Shown here in pieces: positions 9,900 to 19,898 of a stretch of 64,000 nt of DNA (position 1 is its first letter; every line of letters starts with the position of its first letter). The notes beneath the pieces were generated by a model that was not told the origin of the DNA, made no database searches, and saw only the letters and a list, made by a program, of their open reading frames with translations. Made by a program: the position numbers and the translations under genes. The stretch comes from an uncultured Clostridia bacterium (GTDB lineage: Bacteria; Bacillota; Clostridia; TANB77; CAG-508): NCBI GenBank assembly GCA_963558405.1, contig CAUWGC010000003.1, positions 45,801 through 109,800 of the forward strand, given 5' to 3'.

Positions 9900-10358
9900 A
9901 TGGAAGAGAAATATATGGAGCTTGCTTTAAAAGAAGCAAAAAAAGCATATAATAAGTTAGAAATACCAGTTGGTGCTGTTATTGTTAAAGATGGAGAAGT
10001 TATTGCAAAAGCTCATAATTTAAAAGAATCACATCAAGATGTTACTTCACATGCTGAAATTTTAGCAATTAGAAAGGCACAAAAAAAATTAAAAAACTGG
10101 AGATTAATTGATTGTGAAATGTATATTACATTAGAGCCATGTCCTATGTGTGCAGGAACAATTATACAATCACGTATAAAAAAAATTTATATAGGAACAA
10201 TGGATGAAAAAACTGGTGCATGTGGTTCTGTTTTAAATTTATTAGAATATCCTTTTAATCATAGAGTAGATGTTCAAAAGGGAGTTTTAAAAGAAAAATG
10301 TGAAAATATATTAAAACAGTTTTTTAAAGAGTTAAGAGAAATAAAAAATAAAAAGTAG
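9900..10358 (+). CDS. tadA: tRNA adenosine(34) deaminase
   Basis: EIPVGAVIV, HAE and TLEPCPMCAG motifs. Confidence 0.93.
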   Translation: MEEKYMELALKEAKKAYNKLEIPVGAVIVKDGEVIAKAHNLKESHQDVTSHAEILAIRKAQKKLKNWRLIDCEMYITLEPCPMCAGTIIQSRIKKIYIGTMDEKTGACGSVLNLLEYPFNHRVDVQKGVLKEKCENILKQFFKELREIKNKK

Positions 10359-10368
10359 GGGGATAACA

Positions 10369-11124
10369 GTGAAGATAGAAGAATCCAGAAAAAACACAAT
10401 TAAATTCTGTGTTTTTATTTCTATTATTATTTTATTAGTTATTATTTCAATTTTAACAGTATTAAAATATCAAGTAGAAGGTGAAAAAAATTTACCATTT
10501 ATAGTTAGTAAAATAACAGTAATTAGTACTGCAGAAGGAATAAAAAAAGAAAGTACAGAAAATAAATGGAATTTTGATTTAGTACAGAACAATGATATAT
10601 ATATACAAATAGAAAAAAATGAAGAATATAAAAAACAAGACTTTATACAAAAAATTATATTAGATGAATTTGAAATAGAACAAAATCCTAAGTTGGGAAG
10701 TATAAGAAAATATATGCCAAATAGCTTGGAAGGAAGAACATTTTTACATAAAGATGAGTTTTTAGTAGATACAAAATTAGAATACAAAGGTGCAAGTAAA
10801 GATAGTATGAAAGATTTACAAATAGGTAATCAAGGTGGTACTATTGGTATTAGATACGAAAATGGAAATCTTGCAGAGTATGTGTCTAATGAAGAAGAGG
10901 AAATTGTTCATGATGGAAAAATACTTGCTAAGGCTAATATTAATTTAGAAGATATTACTTGCAAAGTATCTTTTGATTTAACTATGAAATTATCAGATAC
11001 ATCGTATAAAACACGTATTACTGTAGACTTACCTTGTGGAGACATAATAAATAAAGGAACAGAAACAAAAATAATAGAAGGAAAAGAAAATTTAATTTTT
11101 AAAAGAGTTAATATAGGAGATTAA
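10369..11124 (+). CDS. Hypothetical membrane-anchored protein
   Basis: GGGGG RBS, GTG start, N-terminal transmembrane helix. Confidence 0.75.
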   Translation: MKIEESRKNTIKFCVFISIIILLVIISILTVLKYQVEGEKNLPFIVSKITVISTAEGIKKESTENKWNFDLVQNNDIYIQIEKNEEYKKQDFIQKIILDEFEIEQNPKLGSIRKYMPNSLEGRTFLHKDEFLVDTKLEYKGASKDSMKDLQIGNQGGTIGIRYENGNLAEYVSNEEEEIVHDGKILAKANINLEDITCKVSFDLTMKLSDTSYKTRITVDLPCGDIINKGTETKIIEGKENLIFKRVNIGD

Positions 11125-11126
11125 AT

Positions 11127-12041
11127 ATGAAAAAACATGCATATCTTGTTATAGCTCATAATAATTTTTATATTTTAGAAACGTTAATACATATGCTAGA
11201 TGATAAAAGAAATGATATCTATTTGCATATAGATAAAAAAACAAAAAATTTTGATTTTGACAAATTTAAAAAAATACCAAAAGAATCAAATATATATTTT
11301 ATCAAAAGGCAAAGTGTAAATTGGGGAGGTTTCTCACAAATTAAATGCGAATTAGCGTTACTAAAAGAGGCAACCAAAAATAAATATGAATATTATCACC
11401 TTTTATCTGGTGTAGATTTACCAATTAAAACACAAAATCAAATTCATAAAAGGATAGAACAAGATAACGGAAAACTTTTTATAAATTATTCAGTGGATGA
11501 AGAAATAATACAAAATAATATTTTAGAAAGAGTAAATTTGTATCACTTTTTTCAAGAATTTGTAAGAAGAAAACAAAAAATAGTTTCAATTATTGCTAGA
11601 GCATTAGAAAAAGTAAGTTTAAATTTACAAAAAAGATTAAAAATAAATAGATTAAAGAAAAGAAATATAGAAATTAAATATGGAGCAAATTGGATTAGCA
11701 TTCCACATGTATTTGCAGAATATGTTTTATCTAAAGAAAAAGAAATTTATTCTATTTTTAAATATTCTAGCTGTGCTGATGAACTTTTTATACAAACATT
11801 AGCATATAATTCAGAGTTTAAAAAAGATATTTACGATTTAAACAATGGAGGAAATTATAACTCATGTTTAAGATCTATTGATTGGAAAAGAGGAAATCCA
11901 TATGTATATAGAACAGAAGATTTTGATGAACTAATAAATTCTAACTTTTTATTTGCAAGAAAGTTTGATGAAAAAATAGATATAGAAATAATAAATAAAA
12001 TAAAAGAATATGTTGAAAAACAAAAAGAGAAAAAAGTATAA
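11127..12041 (+). CDS. Core-2/I-branching (GT14-like) glycosyltransferase
   Basis: KHAYLVIAH, IYLHIDKK, VNWGGFSQI, HLLSGVDLP, ADELFIQT and FARKF motifs. Confidence 0.88.
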   Translation: MKKHAYLVIAHNNFYILETLIHMLDDKRNDIYLHIDKKTKNFDFDKFKKIPKESNIYFIKRQSVNWGGFSQIKCELALLKEATKNKYEYYHLLSGVDLPIKTQNQIHKRIEQDNGKLFINYSVDEEIIQNNILERVNLYHFFQEFVRRKQKIVSIIARALEKVSLNLQKRLKINRLKKRNIEIKYGANWISIPHVFAEYVLSKEKEIYSIFKYSSCADELFIQTLAYNSEFKKDIYDLNNGGNYNSCLRSIDWKRGNPYVYRTEDFDELINSNFLFARKFDEKIDIEIINKIKEYVEKQKEKKV

Positions 12042-12096
12042 ATTCTATTGCGTAATTTTAAAAAACAAGATATAATACAAAAGGAAAGTGAAAAGA

Positions 12097-12214
12097 GGCT
12101 GACCTTTGTATGGAAAGCATTTCAATAGGAACCTATGAACCTCGTCAGATCCGGAAGGAAGCAGCGATAAATAGTAATTTTTATGTGAAAATGCTTTCCA
12201 TAGAGAGGTCAGCT
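12097..12214 (+). ncRNA. ffs: Signal recognition particle RNA (small, 4.5S-type)
   Basis: GTCAGATCCGGAAGGAAGCAGC domain-IV motif inside a long hairpin (GCTGACCT...AGGTCAGC), directly upstream of dnaX. Confidence 0.9.
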
Positions 12215-12237
12215 TTTTAAATTAAGGAAGTGAAAAA

Positions 12238-13887
12238 ATGTCTTATACAGCACTTTATCGTAAATTTCGTCCAAAGACTTTCTCAGAAATAGTAGGACAA
12301 GAGCATATTACAAAAACTTTAAAAAATCAAATTATGTCAGGAAGAGTAGGACATGCATATCTTTTTAATGGAGGACGTGGAACAGGAAAAACATCTGCTG
12401 CAAAGGTTTTAGCAAGAGCAATAAACTGTTTAAACCCTAAAGATGGTGAACCATGTAATGAATGTGAAATTTGTAAAGCAGCAATTTCAGGCTCTTTAAC
12501 AGATATTGTGGAAATGGATGCAGCATCTAATAATAGTGTAGAAGATATTCGTTCTATACGTGAAGAAGTAAATTTTTTACCTACTTTAGCTAAATATCGT
12601 GTTTATATCATTGATGAGGTTCATATGCTTTCTACAGGAGCATTTAATGCACTTCTTAAAACACTAGAAGAACCACCAGAACATGTAAAATTTATTTTAG
12701 CAACAACAGAACCACAAAAACTTCCTGCTACTATTCTTTCACGTTGTCAGAGGTTTGATTTTAAAAGAATACCAAATGATGATATTATAAGAAGGTTAAA
12801 AATAGTTTGCATGGAAAGCAAAATTGATATTACTGAAGAGGCATTAAGTACTATAGCAATTTTAGCAGAAGGTGGAATGCGTGATGCTTTAAGTATTTTA
12901 GAAAGATGCGTTCAAGATGGAGATACAAAAGTAGATACAGATAAGGTAAAAGATTTAGTAGGTATTCCAAAAACTGTTTTTATTTATCAAGTTTTAGAAA
13001 GTATATTAAAAAAAGATGCAGAAAATTGTTTACAAGTTTTAGAAAAAATATTAAATGACGGAAAAGATATTCAAAATTTATTATGGGAAATAATAAAGTA
13101 CACAAAGGACTTATTGGTATATCAGTCAAGTGGTAAAGTAGAATTATATACAGAAGAAGAAAAAAGTCAAATGGATTCTTTAATAAAAAATGCTAATAAA
13201 GAAAAACTTTTTTATATAATTTATGTTTTATCAGATTTAGAAAATAGAATGAAATGGTCTACACAAAAATCAATTTTATTAGAAACTGAGATAATGAAGT
13301 TATGTTTAGAAGAACATAGCAGTGTAAAATCAGAAACAGGTTCAAATTCTTCTTCTGGAGATAGTGAAAAAATGTTGACATTAGAAAAAAGAATTAGACA
13401 GTTAGAAGAAATATTAAAAAATATGCAATATAAAAATATAACTACAGGAGAAATAAAAAAAGAACCAATTTTAAAAGAAACAAATAAAGTTAAAGTTGAA
13501 AGCAATAAAAATAATATTGTAACCAAGCAAGATGATGCAATTAAAAATGCAAAAACAGTAGATTTTTGGCCAAAGGTAATGGATGAATTAAAACAAAGTG
13601 GAAAAATGATGTTATATACAAATTTAATTCATACAAATGCTAAAGAGCTAAATGACATGACAATAGGAATTGAATTTCCAAATGGAATGACAGCATTTGG
13701 AAAGACAGTATTAGAAAAACAAGATAGTATTTCTGAGCTTACAAAACTTGTGTCTATTGAATGTGGAAAACAAATGAGAATAAAATATATAGATGCTAAA
13801 AGCCCAATAAAAGAACAAAATACAAATGAAAATAATATAGAAGATTTTGCAAAAGGGTTTAATATCCCAATTGATATTGTAGATTAA
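12238..13887 (+). CDS. dnaX: DNA polymerase III subunit gamma/tau
   Basis: LYRKFRP, GGRGTGKT, DEVHML and TILSRCQRF motifs. Confidence 0.96.
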   Translation: MSYTALYRKFRPKTFSEIVGQEHITKTLKNQIMSGRVGHAYLFNGGRGTGKTSAAKVLARAINCLNPKDGEPCNECEICKAAISGSLTDIVEMDAASNNSVEDIRSIREEVNFLPTLAKYRVYIIDEVHMLSTGAFNALLKTLEEPPEHVKFILATTEPQKLPATILSRCQRFDFKRIPNDDIIRRLKIVCMESKIDITEEALSTIAILAEGGMRDALSILERCVQDGDTKVDTDKVKDLVGIPKTVFIYQVLESILKKDAENCLQVLEKILNDGKDIQNLLWEIIKYTKDLLVYQSSGKVELYTEEEKSQMDSLIKNANKEKLFYIIYVLSDLENRMKWSTQKSILLETEIMKLCLEEHSSVKSETGSNSSSGDSEKMLTLEKRIRQLEEILKNMQYKNITTGEIKKEPILKETNKVKVESNKNNIVTKQDDAIKNAKTVDFWPKVMDELKQSGKMMLYTNLIHTNAKELNDMTIGIEFPNGMTAFGKTVLEKQDSISELTKLVSIECGKQMRIKYIDAKSPIKEQNTNENNIEDFAKGFNIPIDIVD

Positions 13888-13900
13888 GGAGGAAAATAAA

Positions 13901-14242
13901 ATGTCAAAAAGAGGTGGATTCCCAGGAATGGGAGGATTTGGAGGAATGAATCTTAATAGCTTAATGAAAGAAGCAAAAAAAATGCAAGCTGATTTAGAAA
14001 AATCACAAGAGGAATTGGCCATAAAAGAATTTGATGCAACAGCTGGAGGAGGTGCTGTTTCTGTAGTTGTTACAGGAAAAAAAGAATTAAAAGAAATAAA
14101 AATAAAAAAAGAAGTAGTTGACCCAGAAGATGTAGAAATGTTAGAAGATTTAATTTTAACATGTGTAAATGAAGCATTAAGAAAAGTAGATAGTGCTCAG
14201 GCTGCTCAAATGGGAAAATATAATATACCAGGATTAATGTAA
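13901..14242 (+). CDS. ybaB: YbaB/EbfC nucleoid-associated protein
   Basis: AGGGAV and VDPEDVEMLEDLI motifs, between dnaX and recR. Confidence 0.93.
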   Translation: MSKRGGFPGMGGFGGMNLNSLMKEAKKMQADLEKSQEELAIKEFDATAGGGAVSVVVTGKKELKEIKIKKEVVDPEDVEMLEDLILTCVNEALRKVDSAQAAQMGKYNIPGLM

Positions 14243-14263
14243 AGCATAAAGGATGTGTAATAG

Positions 14264-14866
14264 ATGTCAGAATATTATTCACCATCAATAGAAAAACTAA
14301 TTGAAGCATTTGAAAAATTACCTAGTATAGGTCATAAAACGGCAGCAAGACTTGCATTTCATATGTTAGATGCATCAGAAGAAGAAGCAAATGATTTTGT
14401 TTCTGCTATTGTAAATGCAAAAAAGAATTTAAAATATTGTTCTAGTTGTTATAATATTTCAGATACAGATCCATGTCCAATATGTGCAAATCCTTCTAGA
14501 AATGAAGAAGTTATTTGTGTTGTAGAGGATGTAAGAGATATTATGGCAATGGAAAGGACACATGAATTTAAAGGAAAGTATCATGTATTACATGGTTCAA
14601 TTTCGCCAATGAATGGAATTGGACCAGATGATATAAAAATAAAAGAATTATTATCTAGATTAATGGAAGGAACTGTAAAAGAAGTAATTATTGCTACAAA
14701 TCCTAGAGTAGAAGGAGAAGCAACAGCAATGTATCTTTCTAAATTAATTAAGCCATTAGGAATAAAAGTAACTAGAATTGCACATGGAATACCAGTAGGC
14801 GGAGATTTAGAATATACTGATGAAGTTACATTAAGTAAAGCTCTAGAAGGAAGAAGAGAATTATAA
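14264..14866 (+). CDS. recR: Recombination protein RecR
   Basis: [14 protein letters not shown]4 zinc finger, [18 protein letters not shown]. Confidence 0.96.
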   Translation: MSEYYSPSIEKLIEAFEKLPSIGHKTAARLAFHMLDASEEEANDFVSAIVNAKKNLKYCSSCYNISDTDPCPICANPSRNEEVICVVEDVRDIMAMERTHEFKGKYHVLHGSISPMNGIGPDDIKIKELLSRLMEGTVKEVIIATNPRVEGEATAMYLSKLIKPLGIKVTRIAHGIPVGGDLEYTDEVTLSKALEGRREL

Positions 14867-15091
14867 AATATCATTTAAATTATTAGTATTTGTATCAGAA
14901 TTTATATTAGTGTCTAAATCTTCAAAATTATCTTTTTCGTTAGCAAATATAGATAATTTTGAAGTTAATGACGACAAAAATGTAATAAATGCATTTAATT
15001 CTTCTATAGAAAGTTCTTGAGCAATAAGAAAAGATAATGCATTGGAAAGTGCAATTAATTCACATGCGGATAGATTTTTAAAAAAATTCAA
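14861..15091 (-). CDS. Small hypothetical protein (DUF6774-like)
   Basis: GAGGTG RBS before TTG 15091. The [23 protein letters not shown] pattern resembles small clostridial DUF6774 proteins. Confidence 0.55.
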   Translation of the reverse strand: MNFFKNLSACELIALSNALSFLIAQELSIEELNAFITFLSSLTSKLSIFANEKDNFEDLDTNINSDTNTNNLNDIL

Positions 15092-15132
15092 AACACACAC
15101 CTCTATATTATGTATATGAGGTGTGTGTTTTT

Positions 15133-16305
15133 CTATTCCATATAATTTTCAGATTCTTTTTGACTTTCCATATAGGTAGAAGGACCAAGTAAAGTCTTAC
15201 AAATATCATAAGTAGAATATTTTTTTGCAAGTAATTTTGCGTTCTTTTTCATATCTTGTAATTTTTCATTATTGTTTAATAAATTTGTTAATATAGTTTT
15301 AGGATCATCATCTTTTTTTATCCAAACAGCAACATTCTTTTTTTCTAAAAATTCTGCATTTTCTACTTCTTGCCCAGGAAGAGGATTTATAATAACAATA
15401 GGCAAACCAGATACTAAACTTTCGGTTGTAGTTAGTCCACCTGGTTTTGTTACAACTAAATTAGAAATACTCATAAGTTCTGGGACTTTATCTGTATATT
15501 CTAAAATATGAATATCATTGTTTTTGTGGTTAATATTAACAACATTTTCAAAAGCTTTTTTCATTTTAAGGTTTTTCCCAGATATAGCAATCATTTGTAT
15601 ATTAGTAAAAGTTTTAGCAAAAGCATCTAATACAGCAACAGTTTTTTCTTTACCTAAACCTAATTCTCCTCCACCAAAAAACAAAACAATCTTTTTATTT
15701 AAATCCAAACCAAAATAATTTGCAATTTCTTCTTTACTATAATGTTTTAAAAAACGATTTGACAAAGGTATTCCTGTTGAATATATTTTCCCTGCTGGTA
15801 TTCCACAATCAATTAATTGATTTTTCATTCCTTCGTGTGCTACAAAATAGTAATCTATAAATTCATTTCCAACTATCCATTGATTATGAGGAGCATAGTC
15901 AGTCATTACAGTTGCAATAACAGAAGAAATTTTATTTTTCTTTTTTAAATAACTACACATTTGAGAACTAAAAGGATGTGTACTGATTATAATATCTGGC
16001 TTGATTTCTTGTAATAAATGATTTAGTTTGTGTGCCATTAATTTATTTGAAGTAGAACTAATTTTAGATAATGTACCTTTATCTGAATGGCGATATACTC
16101 TACCCCAAGCCCAAGGAGCTTTTCTAGCCATTTCCTTATATGCTGTTACAGATATTTTGTCTAAAACTTTGTTTATATATTTTACACAATCTATCATTTG
16201 TACTTCAATATCATTATAATTATCTTCTAAACATGTTTTTATTGATTTAGCAGCAGATAGATGCCCTCCTCCATAAGAAGCATAAAAAATTAAAATTTTT
16301 TTCAT
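15133..16305 (-). CDS. ugtP: MGDG synthase / UgtP-like diacylglycerol glycosyltransferase
   Basis: SYGGGHLSAA, STHPF, TGIP, TKPGGLTTTE and PGQEVEN motifs. Confidence 0.88.
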   Translation of the reverse strand: MKKILIFYASYGGGHLSAAKSIKTCLEDNYNDIEVQMIDCVKYINKVLDKISVTAYKEMARKAPWAWGRVYRHSDKGTLSKISSTSNKLMAHKLNHLLQEIKPDIIISTHPFSSQMCSYLKKKNKISSVIATVMTDYAPHNQWIVGNEFIDYYFVAHEGMKNQLIDCGIPAGKIYSTGIPLSNRFLKHYSKEEIANYFGLDLNKKIVLFFGGGELGLGKEKTVAVLDAFAKTFTNIQMIAISGKNLKMKKAFENVVNINHKNNDIHILEYTDKVPELMSISNLVVTKPGGLTTTESLVSGLPIVIINPLPGQEVENAEFLEKKNVAVWIKKDDDPKTILTNLLNNNEKLQDMKKNAKLLAKKYSTYDICKTLLGPSTYMESQKESENYME

Positions 16306-16398
16306 AACAATCTCCCTTTTAAAAAGTAAAATGATTTTATCATATTTTTTTATAAATTTCAAAAGTTTAATAAAATTATAATAAAAAAGTAAAATTAA

Positions 16399-16427
16399 GA
16401 ATAATTTTCAAAAAAATAAGCAAAATA
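16399..16427 (+). promoter_or_regulatory. Possible sigma-G promoter of sleB-ypeB
   Basis: GAATA-17 bp-CAAAATA. sleB-ypeB is sigma-G-dependent in Bacillus. Confidence 0.4.
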
Positions 16428-16458
16428 AAAGCAACAAGAAAATTATAGGAGGAAAATT

Positions 16459-16939
16459 TTGAAAAGAGTTATAAAATGTACAATATTAATTTTGATATTT
16501 GTATTTTTGATTATAGGAATCTATTTTTTACTTTTAGAACAAAAAAATAATGTTTCATTAGCAACAAGTTATGCTGGTAGTTCTTCAGATATTCAACTTA
16601 TGGCAAGAGCAATCAATCGGAGAGGCAAGAGGAGAACCTTATGAAGGACAAGTGGCTGTGGGAGCAGTTATATTAAATCGTGTAAAAAATCCTAATTTTC
16701 CAAATACAATTGCAGGAGTAATATATGAAAAAGGTGCTTTTACAGCAGTTGCAGATGGTCAGATAAATGTTCCAATTGAAGAAGGATCAACTGTATATAA
16801 AGCAGCTAGAGATGCAATGAATGGTTGGGATCCAACGGGGGGAGCTATTTATTATTTTAATCCAGATACTGCAACAAATAAGTGGATATGGTCAAGACCA
16901 CTAATTAAGACAATTGGAAAACACAGATTTTGTAAATAA
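16459..16939 (+). CDS. sleB: Spore cortex-lytic enzyme SleB (Hydrolase_2), 159 aa after a +1 shift at C16618
   Basis: LMARAIN|c|GEARGEPYEGQVAVGAVILNRV. The two track ORFs (16459 and 16571) join at AAT-C-GGA. Upstream of ypeB. Confidence 0.9.
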
Positions 16940-16961
16940 TATGGGAAAGGAAGAGAGTATA

Positions 16962-18350
16962 TTGAATAAGCTAAAAGATTGGAAAGAAAGATTAAAAGAT
17001 AGACATATGTTCACATTGGTAATGTGTTTAGTTATTTCATTTATAATTATTACTGTACTTGGAATTTATATTTATAAAAAACAAAGAGAATTTAGATTAG
17101 CAAGTGAAAATCATTATAATATGGCTTTTTTTGAAGTTGTAGATTATGTAGGAAATGTTGAAACATATCTTGCTAAAGCTTTAATTTCTTCTACACCAGA
17201 ACATGGTGCAGAAACATTAACACAAGTTTGGAGAGAAGCAAACCTTGCACAAGCTTATTTAGCACAATTACCAATAGAAAATGAAGGACTTACAAATACA
17301 GCTAAATTTTTAAACCAAGTAAGTGACTATAGTTTTTCATTATCTAGAAAAAATATTAATCAAGAATCATTAACAGAGGAAGATTTAAAAAATTTAAAAG
17401 AAATGCATGATTATAGTGTACAATTAGAAAATACATTAAATCAATTATCTATGGACATGACTGAAGGAAGAATTAGTTGGGGAGAATTAACTAAAAAGGG
17501 TGAAATAGCATTTGCACAACAAGTAAGTAATTTATCTAAAGATAGCTTTAGTTCATTAGAAGCAAGTTTTCATGAATATGCAGGACTTATTTATGATGGA
17601 GCTTTTTCAGAACATATGACAAGTACAGAGAAAAAAGGCTTAACTGGTGAAGAAATTTCAAAAGAGGTAGCTAGGCAAAAAGTAATAGATTTTATTGGAC
17701 AAGAACAAATAGAAGAAATAATAGATAATGGAGAATCAGAAAATGGTGATGTTAATACATTTGATTTTAGTGTAAGACCAAAAAATGATAAAAACAATGT
17801 AATTACAATTTCAATTACTAAAAAGGGTGGACATATATTATTTATGAATTACAATCGTGATGTACTTTCAGAAAATATTTCTTCAGAAGAGGCTATAAAA
17901 GCTGGAAAAGATTTTTTAAATAAACATGGATTTTATAATATGAAGGAAACTTATTATTTAAAAGAAGAAGGAATTATAACTATAAACTTTGCTTATACCA
18001 AGGATAATGTTACTATGTATCCAGATTTAATAAAGCTAAAAATTGCTTTAGATAATGGAGAAATAATGGGAATAGAGACATCAGGATATTTGAATTCTCA
18101 TACAGAAAGAAATTTACCAACACCTAAGATATCAAAAGAAGAAGCCAAGAGTAGTTTAAATAAAAATTTAGAAATTATTAGTGAAGGATTAGCAGTTATA
18201 CCTACACAATGGCAAACAGAAGTATTTTGTTATGAATTCAAAGGAAGAATTGATGATACAGACTTTTTAGTATATATTAATGCAGAAAATGGTAAAGAAC
18301 AAGATATATTGGTAATTGTAAATACTCCAAATGGTACTTTAACACATTAA
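16962..18350 (+). CDS. ypeB: Germination protein YpeB
   Basis: N-terminal TM, LIYDGAFSEH, YPDLIKLKIALDNGEI and PepSY-like C-terminus. The start may be 16941. Confidence 0.92.
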   Translation: MNKLKDWKERLKDRHMFTLVMCLVISFIIITVLGIYIYKKQREFRLASENHYNMAFFEVVDYVGNVETYLAKALISSTPEHGAETLTQVWREANLAQAYLAQLPIENEGLTNTAKFLNQVSDYSFSLSRKNINQESLTEEDLKNLKEMHDYSVQLENTLNQLSMDMTEGRISWGELTKKGEIAFAQQVSNLSKDSFSSLEASFHEYAGLIYDGAFSEHMTSTEKKGLTGEEISKEVARQKVIDFIGQEQIEEIIDNGESENGDVNTFDFSVRPKNDKNNVITISITKKGGHILFMNYNRDVLSENISSEEAIKAGKDFLNKHGFYNMKETYYLKEEGIITINFAYTKDNVTMYPDLIKLKIALDNGEIMGIETSGYLNSHTERNLPTPKISKEEAKSSLNKNLEIISEGLAVIPTQWQTEVFCYEFKGRIDDTDFLVYINAENGKEQDILVIVNTPNGTLTH

Positions 18351-18470
18351 TAAAATAAGAAACTATTAACAAAGAATTTTGTTAATAGTTTTTTACTTTT
18401 TATTATTGTAAATTAAAATATTATAGAATATAATTTATCAAGATTAAATAAGATATATCAGGAGGAAAAA

Positions 18471-19874
18471 ATGGAAGAGAATAACAAAAAAATTACGGTA
18501 AAAAAAATATTAGAAATAACAAAAGGAATATTATTATCAGGTAAAGAAGAATTTGTAATAAAAACTTTTTCAAAAGATACAAGGAATATTGAAGAAGGAG
18601 ATTTTTACTTAGGAATAAAAGGCGAAAAATTTAATGGAAGTGTCTTTTATGAAGATGCGTTAAAAAAGGGAGCAATTGGAGCTTTAATACAAGATATAGA
18701 AATATCTAAAGAAGTATTACAAAAATATACAGATAAAGTTATTATTAAAGTAGAAAATGTTTTAGAATCAATGCAAAAAATAGCCGAATATAAAAGAAAT
18801 TTATATTCTATACCAGTTGTTGCAATTACTGGAAGTGTAGGAAAAACAAGTACAAAAGATATAGTAGCTAGTGTTATGGAAGAAAAATTTGATGTATTAA
18901 AAACACAAGGAAATTTAAATAATCATATAGGTTTACCATTTACAATATTAAAATTAGATAATCATGATGCAATGGTAATTGAAATGGGAATGAACAACTT
19001 TGGAGAAATAAGAACATTAACTAATATTGCAAAACCAACTTTTTGTATTATAACTAATATTGGTACAGCACATATAGGTAACTTAGGTTCTAGAGAAAAT
19101 ATTTTAAAAGCAAAACTAGAAATATTAGAAGGAATGCAAAATGGAGGAACATTATTAGTAAATAATGATAATGATTTATTACATAAATGGGTAGAAGAAA
19201 ACAAAGGAAAAGTAGATTTAAATATACTAACATACGGAATTGAAAACAAGAGTGATTACATGGCTCATTCTATTTGCAAAAAAGAAGAAGGTAGTATATA
19301 TAAAATAGATATAAAAGGAAAAACAGAGCAAATAATAGTACCAGTTCCAGGTATGCATTTTGTATATAATAGTTTATGTAGTATTGCGGTAGGAGATTAT
19401 TTTAATATAGATGTAGAAAAAGTAAAGCAAGGAATAGAAAAATTTAAATTAACTAAAAGTAGAATGGATATAGAAAAAATAAGAGATAACATTACAGTAA
19501 TAAATGATTCATACAATGCTAATTTTGATTCTATGAAATCTGCATTAGAATATTTGGGAAGTTTAAAAAATAGAAAAATTGCTGTACTAGGAGATATGCT
19601 AGAATTAGGAGAATATGCAAAAGATTTACATGAAAAAGTAGGAGAAGAAGTTGTAAAAAACAAAATAGATATTCTTATTTGTGTAGGAAATTTAGCAAAA
19701 AATATTGCAATAAAGTGCAAAAATCTAGGAATGAACGATGAAAATATCATTTATTTAGATAATAAAGAAGAAGCAATTAAATTATTAAATAGTATATTAA
19801 AAGAAAATGATAATGTTCTTTTAAAGGCTTCTAATTCTATGAAATTTTATGAGATATTAGATTATATAAAATAA
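18471..19874 (+). CDS. murF: UDP-MurNAc-tripeptide D-Ala-D-Ala ligase
   Basis: ITGSVGKTSTKD, NNHIGLP, DSYNAN and LGDMLELG motifs. Confidence 0.95.
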   Translation: MEENNKKITVKKILEITKGILLSGKEEFVIKTFSKDTRNIEEGDFYLGIKGEKFNGSVFYEDALKKGAIGALIQDIEISKEVLQKYTDKVIIKVENVLESMQKIAEYKRNLYSIPVVAITGSVGKTSTKDIVASVMEEKFDVLKTQGNLNNHIGLPFTILKLDNHDAMVIEMGMNNFGEIRTLTNIAKPTFCIITNIGTAHIGNLGSRENILKAKLEILEGMQNGGTLLVNNDNDLLHKWVEENKGKVDLNILTYGIENKSDYMAHSICKKEEGSIYKIDIKGKTEQIIVPVPGMHFVYNSLCSIAVGDYFNIDVEKVKQGIEKFKLTKSRMDIEKIRDNITVINDSYNANFDSMKSALEYLGSLKNRKIAVLGDMLELGEYAKDLHEKVGEEVVKNKIDILICVGNLAKNIAIKCKNLGMNDENIIYLDNKEEAIKLLNSILKENDNVLLKASNSMKFYEILDYIK

Positions 19875-19898
19875 TATTGTAAAAGAAAGGATTTTTTT

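Noticed and set aside
12238-13887. dnaX -1 frameshift producing gamma
   Set aside because: A-runs are ubiquitous here and I could not identify a slippery site with a stimulatory hairpin.
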